A stretch of DNA of 24,338 nucleotides from Candidatus Sericytochromatia bacterium (GCA_036676495.1 JAKFCT010000039.1:1-24338), one strand, 5' to 3'. Counted from the stretch's first letter, positions 1 through 7,718 are shown. Program-made: numbers and translations. The notes: generated from the sequence alone by a model not told the origin.

Positions 1-124
1 CGATAACATCCAGATGGAGATCGAGCTGATCACGCCCGTCGCCGTCGAGGAAGGCATGCGCTTCGCCATCCGCGAAGGCGGCCGTACGGTCGGCGCCGGC
101 GTCGTCGCCAGCATCATGGAGTAA
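1..124 (+). CDS. tuf: Elongation factor Tu, C-terminal end (5'-truncated by the window)
   Basis: The frame from base 2 reads [56 protein letters not shown] is the EF-Tu C-terminal signature. TAA at 122-124. Confidence 0.97.
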   Translation, partial: DNIQMEIELITPVAVEEGMRFAIREGGRTVGAGVVASIME

Positions 125-193
125 GCACGCGTCCATTAGCTACAGGCGCTTCGCCGTAGGCGTTCGCCTCACCCGCTGATAGACCCGAGCCTT

Positions 194-234
194 GCCCGTA
201 GCGGGACCTCTAGAGGTCCCGCTACGGGCTTTTT
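194..234 (+). terminator. Rho-independent terminator downstream of tuf
   Basis: Perfect 36-bp palindrome GCCCGTAGCGGGACCTCT/AGAGGTCCCGCTACGGGC (194-229) followed directly by TTTTT (230-234). Confidence 0.9.
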
Positions 235-294
235 ATGGTATCGTGGAGCACGGTTGCCCGGTCTGGAACCGTTTGGCCGAAAGGATCTCCTGGA

Positions 295-1398
295 ATGCGC
301 GCCCCCACCCCGCCGGATGCCGTCCGCTCGCGTCACGTCCTCCCCCTGGCCCTCTGCGCCGGGGTCATCGCGTTGGCGGGCTGCCCCAAGATGCCCCGCA
401 TCAGTCCGGACGATCCGCGACCGACTCCTTCCGCCTCGGCCACCCTCAAGCCCACTCCGAGCCCCTCCCCGTCCCCCGAGGCCACGCCCACTCCCAACGA
501 GGAGCCCACGCTGCGCACGGTCGCGTTGGGATCCCAGCCGCAGGCGATCGCCTTCGCCTCCATCGGGACCGCCTACGTGACCCTGGCGGCCGACATCGTC
601 TCCCTCACTGGCGAGTTGGGAGACAAGACCGCCCCGGCCACCGCCAGCCTCACCCACGAGTCGTTCACCGTCGGCGCTCCCGCCGGCATCCTGACCTTCG
701 GAGACACCACCTGGTTCGCCGATCCGGGTCGCGGGGAGATCCGACGGATCATGCATGGCACCCACTCCGTCATCGACTTCGCCTTCGGTGGCTCACCAGC
801 CCGCCTTGCGAAGGACCGCGACAACGTCTGGTTCACCGACAGCTCCGCACCCCGCGTCGGCATGCTCCCCGGCAACGCCATCAGCGGTATCCGCCCCGTC
901 TCGGCGAACCTCCCCGTCACCGCCAGCGACATCCTGGTCGATCGGGTCGGCCTCGCCTGGGCCCTCGGCAGCGACGGATCTCTCATGAAACTCTCCTTCC
1001 AGGCGGACGAAATCACCGTGACGCCCCTCGCAATGAAGGCCCTCAAGGAAGGCAAGGGGCTGGCCCAGGACGACGCCGGCAACCTCTGGATCACGGCGAT
1101 CTCGACGGAGGACCACAAGCAGCTCATGAAGCTCTCGGCGAACGGCACCTCCACCGAGGACCTCAACCTCGACGCCCCGGGCTTCGTCCCCGGCCGCTTC
1201 GCCATCCGGGGCAACTTCGCCTGGATCGCCGACGCGGCCCCCACCGGCACCACCATCAAGAAGGTCTCCCTGACCACCGGCGAGATCGCCGCCTCCTACG
1301 AGTTGGGCGGACGGGCCGCCGAGGTCGTCAAGGATGACGGCGGCGACCTCTGGCTGCCCATCGTCACCCACAACATCGTCGTCAAACTGGACTTCTAA
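295..1398 (+). CDS. Lipoprotein with Pro/Ser/Thr linker and Vgb/NHL-like beta-propeller
   Basis: Hydrophobic signal peptide ending in lipobox LAGC, a PTPSPSPSPEATPTP linker, and repeated propeller-blade motifs (TTWFAD, NVWFTD, GNLWIT, FAWIAD, GDLWLP). ATG 295 is preferred over 235, which abuts the terminator. Confidence 0.75.
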   Translation: MRAPTPPDAVRSRHVLPLALCAGVIALAGCPKMPRISPDDPRPTPSASATLKPTPSPSPSPEATPTPNEEPTLRTVALGSQPQAIAFASIGTAYVTLAADIVSLTGELGDKTAPATASLTHESFTVGAPAGILTFGDTTWFADPGRGEIRRIMHGTHSVIDFAFGGSPARLAKDRDNVWFTDSSAPRVGMLPGNAISGIRPVSANLPVTASDILVDRVGLAWALGSDGSLMKLSFQADEITVTPLAMKALKEGKGLAQDDAGNLWITAISTEDHKQLMKLSANGTSTEDLNLDAPGFVPGRFAIRGNFAWIADAAPTGTTIKKVSLTTGEIAASYELGGRAAEVVKDDGGDLWLPIVTHNIVVKLDF

Positions 1399-1401
1399 CG
1401 C

Positions 1402-1917
1402 ATGGCATCGCTGCTTTTCTACGTCCTGGCCGCCCTCTTGCTCGCATCCGGAGCCGCCATGGTCTGGGTAAAAAACCCCTGGCACGCTGCCTACGCCTTG
1501 GTGGCCGCCGCCGTGACCGGATCCGCGCTGATTGCCTGGCTACACGCCGAGTTCCTGGCCCTGGCGCTCGTGCTCGCCCTGGCCGGCGGCTTCGCACTCC
1601 TGCTCATGGTGGGGCTGCCCGTGCTGTCGCAGCGACATCCCCTCACCCAGAGCCGTCCGGACGAGGATCGCTCCTTCTGGGCCGGCATCGTCGCGGTGCT
1701 CTTCTTCGTGATCACCTACCGGGTGCTGGCCACGACCCCCTGGGGCGCGGAGGATTTCTCTCGGATGGCGGACGCTCCGCGCGGCCTCGAGGCCATCCGT
1801 ACCCTGGGCGAGACGCTGCGCCACGAATACGCCCTTGCCCTGATCGCGGGAGTCTTCCTGATCGGAGTGGCGCTCGCCGTCGCCTCTGCCCTCAGCCAGC
1901 CGGAGCCGGACGCATGA
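1402..1917 (+). CDS. nuoJ: NADH-quinone oxidoreductase subunit J (NuoJ/NdhG)-like, divergent
   Basis: About 5 hydrophobic segments; KNPWHAAYAL, LHAEFLA and IRTLGETLRHEY resemble NuoJ/NdhG motifs; lies directly before a nuoK-like gene. Confidence 0.75.
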   Translation: MASLLFYVLAALLLASGAAMVWVKNPWHAAYALVAAAVTGSALIAWLHAEFLALALVLALAGGFALLLMVGLPVLSQRHPLTQSRPDEDRSFWAGIVAVLFFVITYRVLATTPWGAEDFSRMADAPRGLEAIRTLGETLRHEYALALIAGVFLIGVALAVASALSQPEPDA

Positions 1918-2339
1918 TGACCTTCCCCTTGCAGGCCTTCAACCTGCCCATCCTCCAATCGCCGCTCGGCATGCCCCATTTCCTCACCGTGGGAGCGGCT
2001 CTCTTCGCCATCGGCCTCTTCGCCACCCTCGCGCACCGCAACCTCCTGCGCATCCTGATGGGCCTGGAGCTGATGCTGCTCGCCGCGATGCTCAACCTGG
2101 CGGCCTTCACCGCCTTCCTTCGCCCTGAGGGCCTTCACGGCCATGCCGTCACGCTCCTGCTGGTGCTCGTGGCGCTCGCGCAGCTGGCCATCGGCCTGGC
2201 CCTGGCAGCCCAGCTCATGCGCATGCCCGAATCCCCGGCCGGCCTCTCGCCCGAACCCCCGGCCGGCCTCTCGCCCGAAACCCCGCCGGTCGAAAACGAT
2301 CCCCTCAACGTTGAACGCTACGACGACTTGAAGTGGTAA
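1914..2339 (+). CDS. nuoK: NADH-quinone oxidoreductase subunit K (NuoK/NdhE)-like with Pro-rich insertion
   Basis: LFAIGLF..HRNLLRILMGLELML..NL matches NuoK, and the tail NVERYDDLKW resembles the NuoK/NdhE terminus. ATGA overlap with the nuoJ-like stop. Confidence 0.85.
   Translation: MMTFPLQAFNLPILQSPLGMPHFLTVGAALFAIGLFATLAHRNLLRILMGLELMLLAAMLNLAAFTAFLRPEGLHGHAVTLLLVLVALAQLAIGLALAAQLMRMPESPAGLSPEPPAGLSPETPPVENDPLNVERYDDLKW
2225..2289 (+). repeat. 24-bp in-frame tandem repeat (about 2.7 copies) in the nuoK-like gene
   Basis: GCCCGAA(T/C)CCCCGGCCGGCCTCTC at 2225-2248 and 2249-2272, plus a partial copy at 2273-2289; encodes PESPAGLS-PEPPAGLS-PETPP. Confidence 0.9.
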
Positions 2340-2345
2340 CTCCCC

Positions 2346-2636
2346 ATGGCAGATAAGCTTCCCCCCGAGACCTCGGCGGACTCGCGCCCGCCCCTCACCC
2401 TCCGCATCGGCCGGATCGTGGCCCAATTCGACCGCTTCGGCGTCGATGGGCTCGTCAATGCCTGCGGTTTCTTGATCTTCGCTGCCGCCGAGGGCCTGCG
2501 CTCCATGCATCACGGCAAGGTGCAGGTCTCCCTGCTCATCGCCATGGCCGTCCTCGTCGCCACGGTCATCGCGGTCATGCTCGGCTTGCCGAACCTCTTC
2601 ATGGGCGCACGTCTCGGCGGAGTGAGCGCATGCTAG
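2346..2636 (+). CDS. Stand-alone NuoL/NdhF C-terminal fragment (lateral amphipathic helix plus last TM helix)
   Basis: FDRFGVDGLVNACGFLIFAAAEGLRSMHHGKVQVSLLI matches the NuoL/NdhF C-terminal pattern D..vDG.VN...geglr..q.G.vq.Y. It occupies the nuoL position between nuoK and nuoM, is only 96 aa, and overlaps the nuoM-like start. Confidence 0.75.
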   Translation: MADKLPPETSADSRPPLTLRIGRIVAQFDRFGVDGLVNACGFLIFAAAEGLRSMHHGKVQVSLLIAMAVLVATVIAVMLGLPNLFMGARLGGVSAC

Positions 2637-4102
2637 ACACCCTCTTTCCCAACCTCTTCCTGCTGAGCGCCTCCGTAGCGCTGCCGATCCTCGCCTCCTT
2701 GATCGTCTGGGGCCTGGGCAAGACGCGGTTCCAGGCCGGTCGGATCGTGGGGATCGGCGCCGCGGCCCTGCCGCTGCTGATCTTGGCGTTCGCGGCCTTC
2801 CGCCTCTCCACGGAGATCGGGTTGCAACTGGGCGATCGCTTCGACTTCTGGCCGGATCTCGGCATCTCCGTCGCGCTGGCCATCGACGGCCTCAGCCTGC
2901 CGTTCGCCCTGCTGGCCGCCGCCCTCGGAGTGCTCGGAGTCTCGTCCGCACGCAGCCCCCATGAGCTCGCGCTCGCCTTGCTCGCACAGGCCACGTCCCT
3001 TTTGCTTTTCGTCTCCGAGGACCTCTTCATCTTTTTGGGGGCCTGGTGGGCCCTTCCCCTCTTGCTGTACGCCCTCATTAACGGCTGGGGGCGCGGCCGC
3101 GCGGAGTACGCGGCGACGAAGTTCCTGGCCATGCTCCTGACGGGCTCGGCCCTGCTCACCGTCAGCCTGCTCGCCATCTACCTGGTCGGCAACGGCAACG
3201 GCTCCATGGCCGCCCTCTGGATCACCAAGCCCGGCTTCCCCGTGGCCTTCCTCAACCACTGGGTGCTCGCCGGCATCCTGCTCTCGGCATGGGTCGCAGC
3301 CCCGCTCTTCCCCTTCCATACCTGGCTCGCGGACGTCTTCGACACCGCCCCTCCGTCGGCCCTGCCGCTCGTCGTGGGTGGAGTCCAGGCAGGAGCCGCC
3401 TATGCGTTCGTTCGCCTGGCCATGGGCCTCTTCCCCAGCTATATGCAGCCCTGGTTGCCCTGGATGGCAGCCCTGGGCGTCCTGACCGCCCTTTACGCCC
3501 TGATGGCCTCCTGGGGCCAGCGCTCGCTCCTGCGCGCGCTCGCCTTGGCGGGCGTCGCCGTCGCCGGCATCGCCCTCGCAGGCTTCTCCGCCGTCTCGGG
3601 TCCCGAAGTCTCCACCGCCGTCGGAAGCACCCTGAACCTGACGCTGGCCGCAGTCGCAGCCGGCGGTCTGCTGACCTGGCTTTCCGCGGAGCTGACCGTG
3701 CGCGCGGGCGCGACGCAGGATCTGCTCGCCCGCTTAGGCTTCCTCACTCCGAGAGGGGCCGCCTCCTGGCTGACGTCAGCCGGCTTGACCCTGGTGCTGC
3801 TCGTCGTGGCCATGGTCTTCATGGTCTCGCCCGTCGTGGAAGCGAACCGATTGGCACTGACGATCGGGATGGGACTCGCCCTCATGGGCCTCATCCTGAC
3901 GGCAGAGAACGCCCTGCGCCGGACCTTGCGCGCTCCTGCCACTCCCGCCCGCGTCGACGGCGTCGAGGACCTGACGGCCCGCGAGCTCGCCCTCGGCTGG
4001 GGAAGCCTGCTGCTCGCCGCCATCCCCATCCTCTGGTTGATCCTCGGGTCCCGGGCGATCGCCGTCTTCGCCTCCCAGCTGAGCCTGGGCTTCGTGCGCT
4101 AG
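2630..4102 (+). CDS. nuoM: NuoM/NdhD-like antiporter-fold membrane protein, degenerate
   Basis: IDGLSLPF, WGRGRAEYAATKF, PLFPFHTWLAD and EDLTARE are NuoM-family motifs; 490 aa, multi-TM. Confidence 0.8.
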   Translation: MLDTLFPNLFLLSASVALPILASLIVWGLGKTRFQAGRIVGIGAAALPLLILAFAAFRLSTEIGLQLGDRFDFWPDLGISVALAIDGLSLPFALLAAALGVLGVSSARSPHELALALLAQATSLLLFVSEDLFIFLGAWWALPLLLYALINGWGRGRAEYAATKFLAMLLTGSALLTVSLLAIYLVGNGNGSMAALWITKPGFPVAFLNHWVLAGILLSAWVAAPLFPFHTWLADVFDTAPPSALPLVVGGVQAGAAYAFVRLAMGLFPSYMQPWLPWMAALGVLTALYALMASWGQRSLLRALALAGVAVAGIALAGFSAVSGPEVSTAVGSTLNLTLAAVAAGGLLTWLSAELTVRAGATQDLLARLGFLTPRGAASWLTSAGLTLVLLVVAMVFMVSPVVEANRLALTIGMGLALMGLILTAENALRRTLRAPATPARVDGVEDLTARELALGWGSLLLAAIPILWLILGSRAIAVFASQLSLGFVR

Positions 4103-4111
4103 GAGGTCGCC

Positions 4112-5539
4112 TTGGATCACGCACTCATCTTGCTGCCGGAGTTCTTGCTCGTCCTCTTGAGCCTCGCCATCCTGGCCTTCGGGCGCTTTGCCCCCCGGAT
4201 CAGCCCTCCCCTGGCCACCTTTGGCCTGGTCGCCGCCTTGGGGATCCTCGTCGGCCAGGCGATGACCGGAGCGCTCGGCGGTCCCGCCTTCGCGGACGCC
4301 GTCCAGATCGGGCCCTTCGCCTGGCTCCTGCGCGGAGCCATCCTGCTCGCGGCCACCGCCTCCGCCGCCATGGCCTGGAGTGAACCCCCCACCCGGCCGG
4401 ACCTCTATTTCGGCCTCCTGACGGCCTCGGCGGTGGGTGCCATGGGCCTCGCCGGCGCGGCTGACCTCCTCGTCCTCTTCCTGAGCTACGCCCTCATGGG
4501 CCTCCCCCTCTTGGGCATGCTCGCCTTAGGGCGGGGGCCCGCGCGCTCGGAAGCAGCCATGAAGCTCTTCATGACCCAGGGCGTGGCTGCTGCCGTCCTG
4601 CTCTTTGCCTTCACATGGGCCTTCGGGCTGGGAGGCAGCACCTCCTTCGTGGCCCTGGGAGCCGCCCTGCAGACGCCCGATACCCTCTTGACGTTCGTCA
4701 TGCTGCTGATGCTCGGAGGCCTCTCCTTCACGGTGGCGGCCTTCCCCTTCCATGCCTGGCTTCCGGACGTCACCGAGGCGAGCCATGCCTCCACCGGAGC
4801 CTGGATCCTGGGCGGAGCCGGCCTTGCCGCCGTGGCGGGGCTGTTGCGGGTCCTGATGATGGTCTTTTCGACCAATACGGCGCTCTGGGCTCCGTACGTG
4901 ACGGGGCTCGCCGTCTTTAGCCTGCTCGCAGGCGGCCTGCTGGCGCTGGCTCAGGCGGATCTCCGGCGCATGCTCGGCTTCCTGGCCGTCGCGACGACCG
5001 GCTTCCTCATGCTGGCGCTCATGGCGGCTTCGCACGCCGCCTCCAGCCAGGAAGCGCTGAGCGCCCTCCTGATGACGGCCCTGACGACGGCGGTCGCCAC
5101 CATGGGGTTGTTTGCCGGCTTGGGCGCCACGCAGGCGCGCTCGCTGGCCGACCTGGGGGGCTTGCACCGGCGTTCACCCGCCCTGGCGCTCGCCATGACG
5201 GCCTGCGCGCTGGGACTGGCCGCCCTGCCCCTCGCCGGGGCCTTCTGGGCCCGCCTGACCCTCATCCGCGCGCTCTTGGTCTACGTCAGCCAATCGATGC
5301 AGTTCGGCATCATCGCCCTGGCCGTGCTCGCCATGGGGATGACCGTGCTCGTGGCCTACACGGCCCTGCGGATCCCCAAGGCCATCTACCTGGGCCCCTC
5401 GGATCCGGAGCGCGCCGATCTCGCCTTCCCGGCCGGTCATACGGCCGTCCTGATGGTTTGCGCGCTACTGAGCGTTGCCTTCTTCGTGGCTCCGGCGCCC
5501 CTTTGGGCCCTCGTGAGCTTCGCCACTCGTGGCTTTTAG
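4112..5539 (+). CDS. nuoN: NuoN/NdhB-like antiporter-fold membrane protein, degenerate
   Basis: LLPEFLL, RSEAAMKLF, AFPFHAWLPDV, QADLRRML and DLGGLHRRSPALA are NuoN motifs; TTG start with AGGAGG at 4101-4106. Confidence 0.8.
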   Translation: MDHALILLPEFLLVLLSLAILAFGRFAPRISPPLATFGLVAALGILVGQAMTGALGGPAFADAVQIGPFAWLLRGAILLAATASAAMAWSEPPTRPDLYFGLLTASAVGAMGLAGAADLLVLFLSYALMGLPLLGMLALGRGPARSEAAMKLFMTQGVAAAVLLFAFTWAFGLGGSTSFVALGAALQTPDTLLTFVMLLMLGGLSFTVAAFPFHAWLPDVTEASHASTGAWILGGAGLAAVAGLLRVLMMVFSTNTALWAPYVTGLAVFSLLAGGLLALAQADLRRMLGFLAVATTGFLMLALMAASHAASSQEALSALLMTALTTAVATMGLFAGLGATQARSLADLGGLHRRSPALALAMTACALGLAALPLAGAFWARLTLIRALLVYVSQSMQFGIIALAVLAMGMTVLVAYTALRIPKAIYLGPSDPERADLAFPAGHTAVLMVCALLSVAFFVAPAPLWALVSFATRGF

Positions 5540-5555
5540 TATTGGGAGTACAGAG

Positions 5556-5846
5556 ATGATCACCAAGGAAACCGTGCAGCACGTCGCAAAGCTTGCTCGC
5601 CTGGAGCTCGCCCCGTACGAGGAGAGCCAGCTCACCAACGAGCTCGGCGCCATCCTCGGCTACGTCGAGCAGCTCGCTCAGGTGGACGTGTCCGGAGTCG
5701 CCCCCACGGCGCAAGCCATCCCCGTCTCGAACGTGGTCCGTGAGGACCAGTTGCGCCCCAGCCTGACGCGCGACGAAGTGCTTCAGAACGCCCCGGCCCC
5801 CGAGCAGGGCATGTTCCGGGTGCCCCGGATCATCGGGGAAGCGTGA
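5556..5846 (+). CDS. gatC: Asp/Glu-tRNA amidotransferase subunit C
   Basis: MITKETVQHVAKLARLEL...VREDQ...NAP...FRVPRI; GGGAG RBS upstream of ATG 5556. Confidence 0.95.
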   Translation: MITKETVQHVAKLARLELAPYEESQLTNELGAILGYVEQLAQVDVSGVAPTAQAIPVSNVVREDQLRPSLTRDEVLQNAPAPEQGMFRVPRIIGEA

Positions 5847-7099
5847 CGGCCCCCGTCGTCGTGGTGGGGGCGGGCGCTGCGGGCCTGATGGCCGCCATCG
5901 CCGCAGCCCGCGCCGGAGCCCCCACCATGCTCCTCGAAAAAACCAAGCGCTTCGGCTACAAGATCCTGATCTCGGGCCACGGCCGCTGCAACCTCACCAA
6001 CGCCGAGCGCGACCTCAAACAGCTCATCACCAACTACCCGGGCGGAGGCAAGTTCCTCTACGGCGTCTTCAGCCAGTTCGACAACTGGGACTTCATCCGC
6101 TTCGTCGAAGGGCTCGGGCTTCCCACCAAGACCGACGCGCGAGGCCGGGTCTACCCCGAAACCGACCGCAGCTTGGACGTGGTGGAAGCTTTCCAGCGCG
6201 AGCTCGATCGCCTGGGCATCCAGCTTCGCCTGGAGGCACCGGGCGCCAAGATCATCACCGAAGCGGGCCGAGCCGTCGGCATCGAGCTGGCCTCGGGCGA
6301 GGTCGTGAAGGCCGGGGCGCTCGTCATCACCGTCGGAGGCCAGTCGTTTCCCAACACGGGCTCGACGGGGGACGGCTACCAGATGGCCCAGGAGATCGGG
6401 CATACGCTGGTGGATCCCTTTCCGTCGCTGGTCCCCTTGCGCTCTCCGGGACTGGGTGAGCTGGCGGGGCTGTCGCTGCGGGACGTCGAGGTCACGGCGG
6501 TGGTCGACGGCAAGCCGGCGGCGAAGCGGCGGGCGGACATGATGTTCGCGCACTTCGGCCTGACGGGGCCGGCGGTGCTGCATCTCAGCCGGACGGCGTC
6601 CCTGGCCCTGGCCCAGGGCAAGACCGTGGAGCTTTGGCTGGACGTGGCGCCGGATCGCTCGCGCGAGGAGCTGGACGCCGACCTGAAAGCGGCCTGGGAT
6701 CGGACTCCGCGCACGCACCTGGCCAATGCGCTCAAGGACTGGCTTCCCGAACGGCTCGTGCCGACCTTCCTCGCGAAGGCGGGGGTTGCGGGCGATCGCC
6801 CCGTCTCGGAGATTCCCAAGCGGGAGCGCGCCAAGCTCGTCGAACGCCTGAAGCGCTGGGCCTTCCCGATCCCCTCGGTGCTTTCCAAGGAAGTCGCCGA
6901 GGTGACGGCAGGCGGGCTCAACCTCAAGGAGGTGGACCCCAAGACCATGGCCTCCAAGCGGGTCGAGGGACTGTTCTGGGCCGGCGAGGTGCTGGACGTG
7001 GACGGTTACATCGGAGGGTACAACTTCCAATCCGCATGGTCCACGGGCTGGGTGGCCGGCCAATCCGCAGCGCGTTCGCTGGGTTACGCGCCCGATTAG
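5843..7099 (+). CDS. HI0933/BaiN/YhiN-family FAD-dependent oxidoreductase
   Basis: VVGAGAAGLMAA, KILISGHGRCNLTN, GRVYP, TGSTGDGY, AEVTAGG, GEVLDVDGYIGGYNFQSAWSTG; GTGA overlap with gatC. Confidence 0.93.
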   Translation: MTAPVVVVGAGAAGLMAAIAAARAGAPTMLLEKTKRFGYKILISGHGRCNLTNAERDLKQLITNYPGGGKFLYGVFSQFDNWDFIRFVEGLGLPTKTDARGRVYPETDRSLDVVEAFQRELDRLGIQLRLEAPGAKIITEAGRAVGIELASGEVVKAGALVITVGGQSFPNTGSTGDGYQMAQEIGHTLVDPFPSLVPLRSPGLGELAGLSLRDVEVTAVVDGKPAAKRRADMMFAHFGLTGPAVLHLSRTASLALAQGKTVELWLDVAPDRSREELDADLKAAWDRTPRTHLANALKDWLPERLVPTFLAKAGVAGDRPVSEIPKRERAKLVERLKRWAFPIPSVLSKEVAEVTAGGLNLKEVDPKTMASKRVEGLFWAGEVLDVDGYIGGYNFQSAWSTGWVAGQSAARSLGYAPD

Positions 7100-7578
7100 T
7101 CGAACCGGCCCCGGTTGGTCTGACGGCCGTCCGGCGTGGGGGTGAACTTGTTGGGGTAGGGCTTCGGGGGCAAGGGCGAGACGCTGAGCTCGCGCTGTCC
7201 GCCCAGTCGGAACTCGGGGCGCTGGTAGTCGAGCGTATGATGAGGCAGGAACGTGGCGTAGAGCTGGATCTCCCGGCCGTCGTCGAGCGGATCGGGGGGC
7301 ATGGGCGGCAGGTTGCGGATCGCATGGGAATCGAGCTGGCGCGCCAGGACGCGGCCCTCGCCGTCGAGGACGGAGACGAGGCCGAGCGGGAGGGGGATCT
7401 CCATGCCGTCGGTCAGCTGGACCACGAGGTAACGGACATCCCGGGTCTCGTTCTCGATCAGGAGGTCGATGACCGTTCCGACCAGGCGCTCGTCGGAGCC
7501 GAGGACGGGCCAGCCCAGCAGGTCGGGCTGGGACGGGGCGATCGCCATGGGAAGCCGGGACAGCTTCGCGATGCTCAT
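7096..7578 (-). CDS. PRC-barrel domain protein
   Basis: PDLLGWPVLGSDERLVGTVIDLLIENETRDVRYLVV is a typical PRC-barrel pattern; ATG 7578 has AGGAGG (7585-7590, minus strand) upstream. Confidence 0.8.
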   Translation of the reverse strand: MSIAKLSRLPMAIAPSQPDLLGWPVLGSDERLVGTVIDLLIENETRDVRYLVVQLTDGMEIPLPLGLVSVLDGEGRVLARQLDSHAIRNLPPMPPDPLDDGREIQLYATFLPHHTLDYQRPEFRLGGQRELSVSPLPPKPYPNKFTPTPDGRQTNRGRFD

Positions 7579-7612
7579 CGGGTACCTCCTTGCCTTGGCG
7601 CGCGCAACGGCG

Positions 7613-7657
7613 CACCGCAGAGCGACGGACCGCATGGCGGCGGACCGCAGAGCGGCG
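7613..7657. repeat. 15-bp imperfect tandem repeat x3, intergenic
   Basis: CACCGCAGAGCGACG / GACCGCATGGCGGCG / GACCGCAGAGCGGCG. Confidence 0.7.
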
Positions 7658-7718
7658 GCCTCAGGCGCGATTCTAGTCGGTCCTGGGGCTCCGGACAAGG
7701 CGCGTTAGAGCGCCTGGC

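Noticed and set aside
145-169. Two tiny GGCG..CGCC hairpins after tuf; possible tRNA or sRNA
   Set aside because: Stems are only 4-5 bp, with no cloverleaf or T-loop consensus.
1402-5539. Interpretation as an Mrp Na+/H+ antiporter or hydrogenase-4/Ech membrane module
   Set aside because: Gene order and motifs follow nuoJ-K-L-M-N. There are no MrpE/F/G or hydrogenase subunits, and Mrp also needs the missing Glu/Lys residues.
2346-5539. Calling the nuo-like genes pseudogenes
   Set aside because: No frameshifts or internal stops over about 4 kb, near-normal lengths for J, K, M and N, and preserved coupling and RBS. Decay cannot be fully excluded without dN/dS.
7096-7578. puhA / evidence of photosynthesis
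   Set aside because: No N-terminal TM helix and no puf/bch genes; PRC barrels are widespread in non-phototrophs.
5783-7615. 610-aa minus-strand ORF and other Arg/Pro/Gly-rich alternative-frame ORFs throughout the window
   Set aside because: Low-complexity translations overlapping well-supported genes.
2225-7657. Short tandem repeats as CRISPR-like arrays
   Set aside because: The units are directly adjacent with no spacers, and there are no cas genes.
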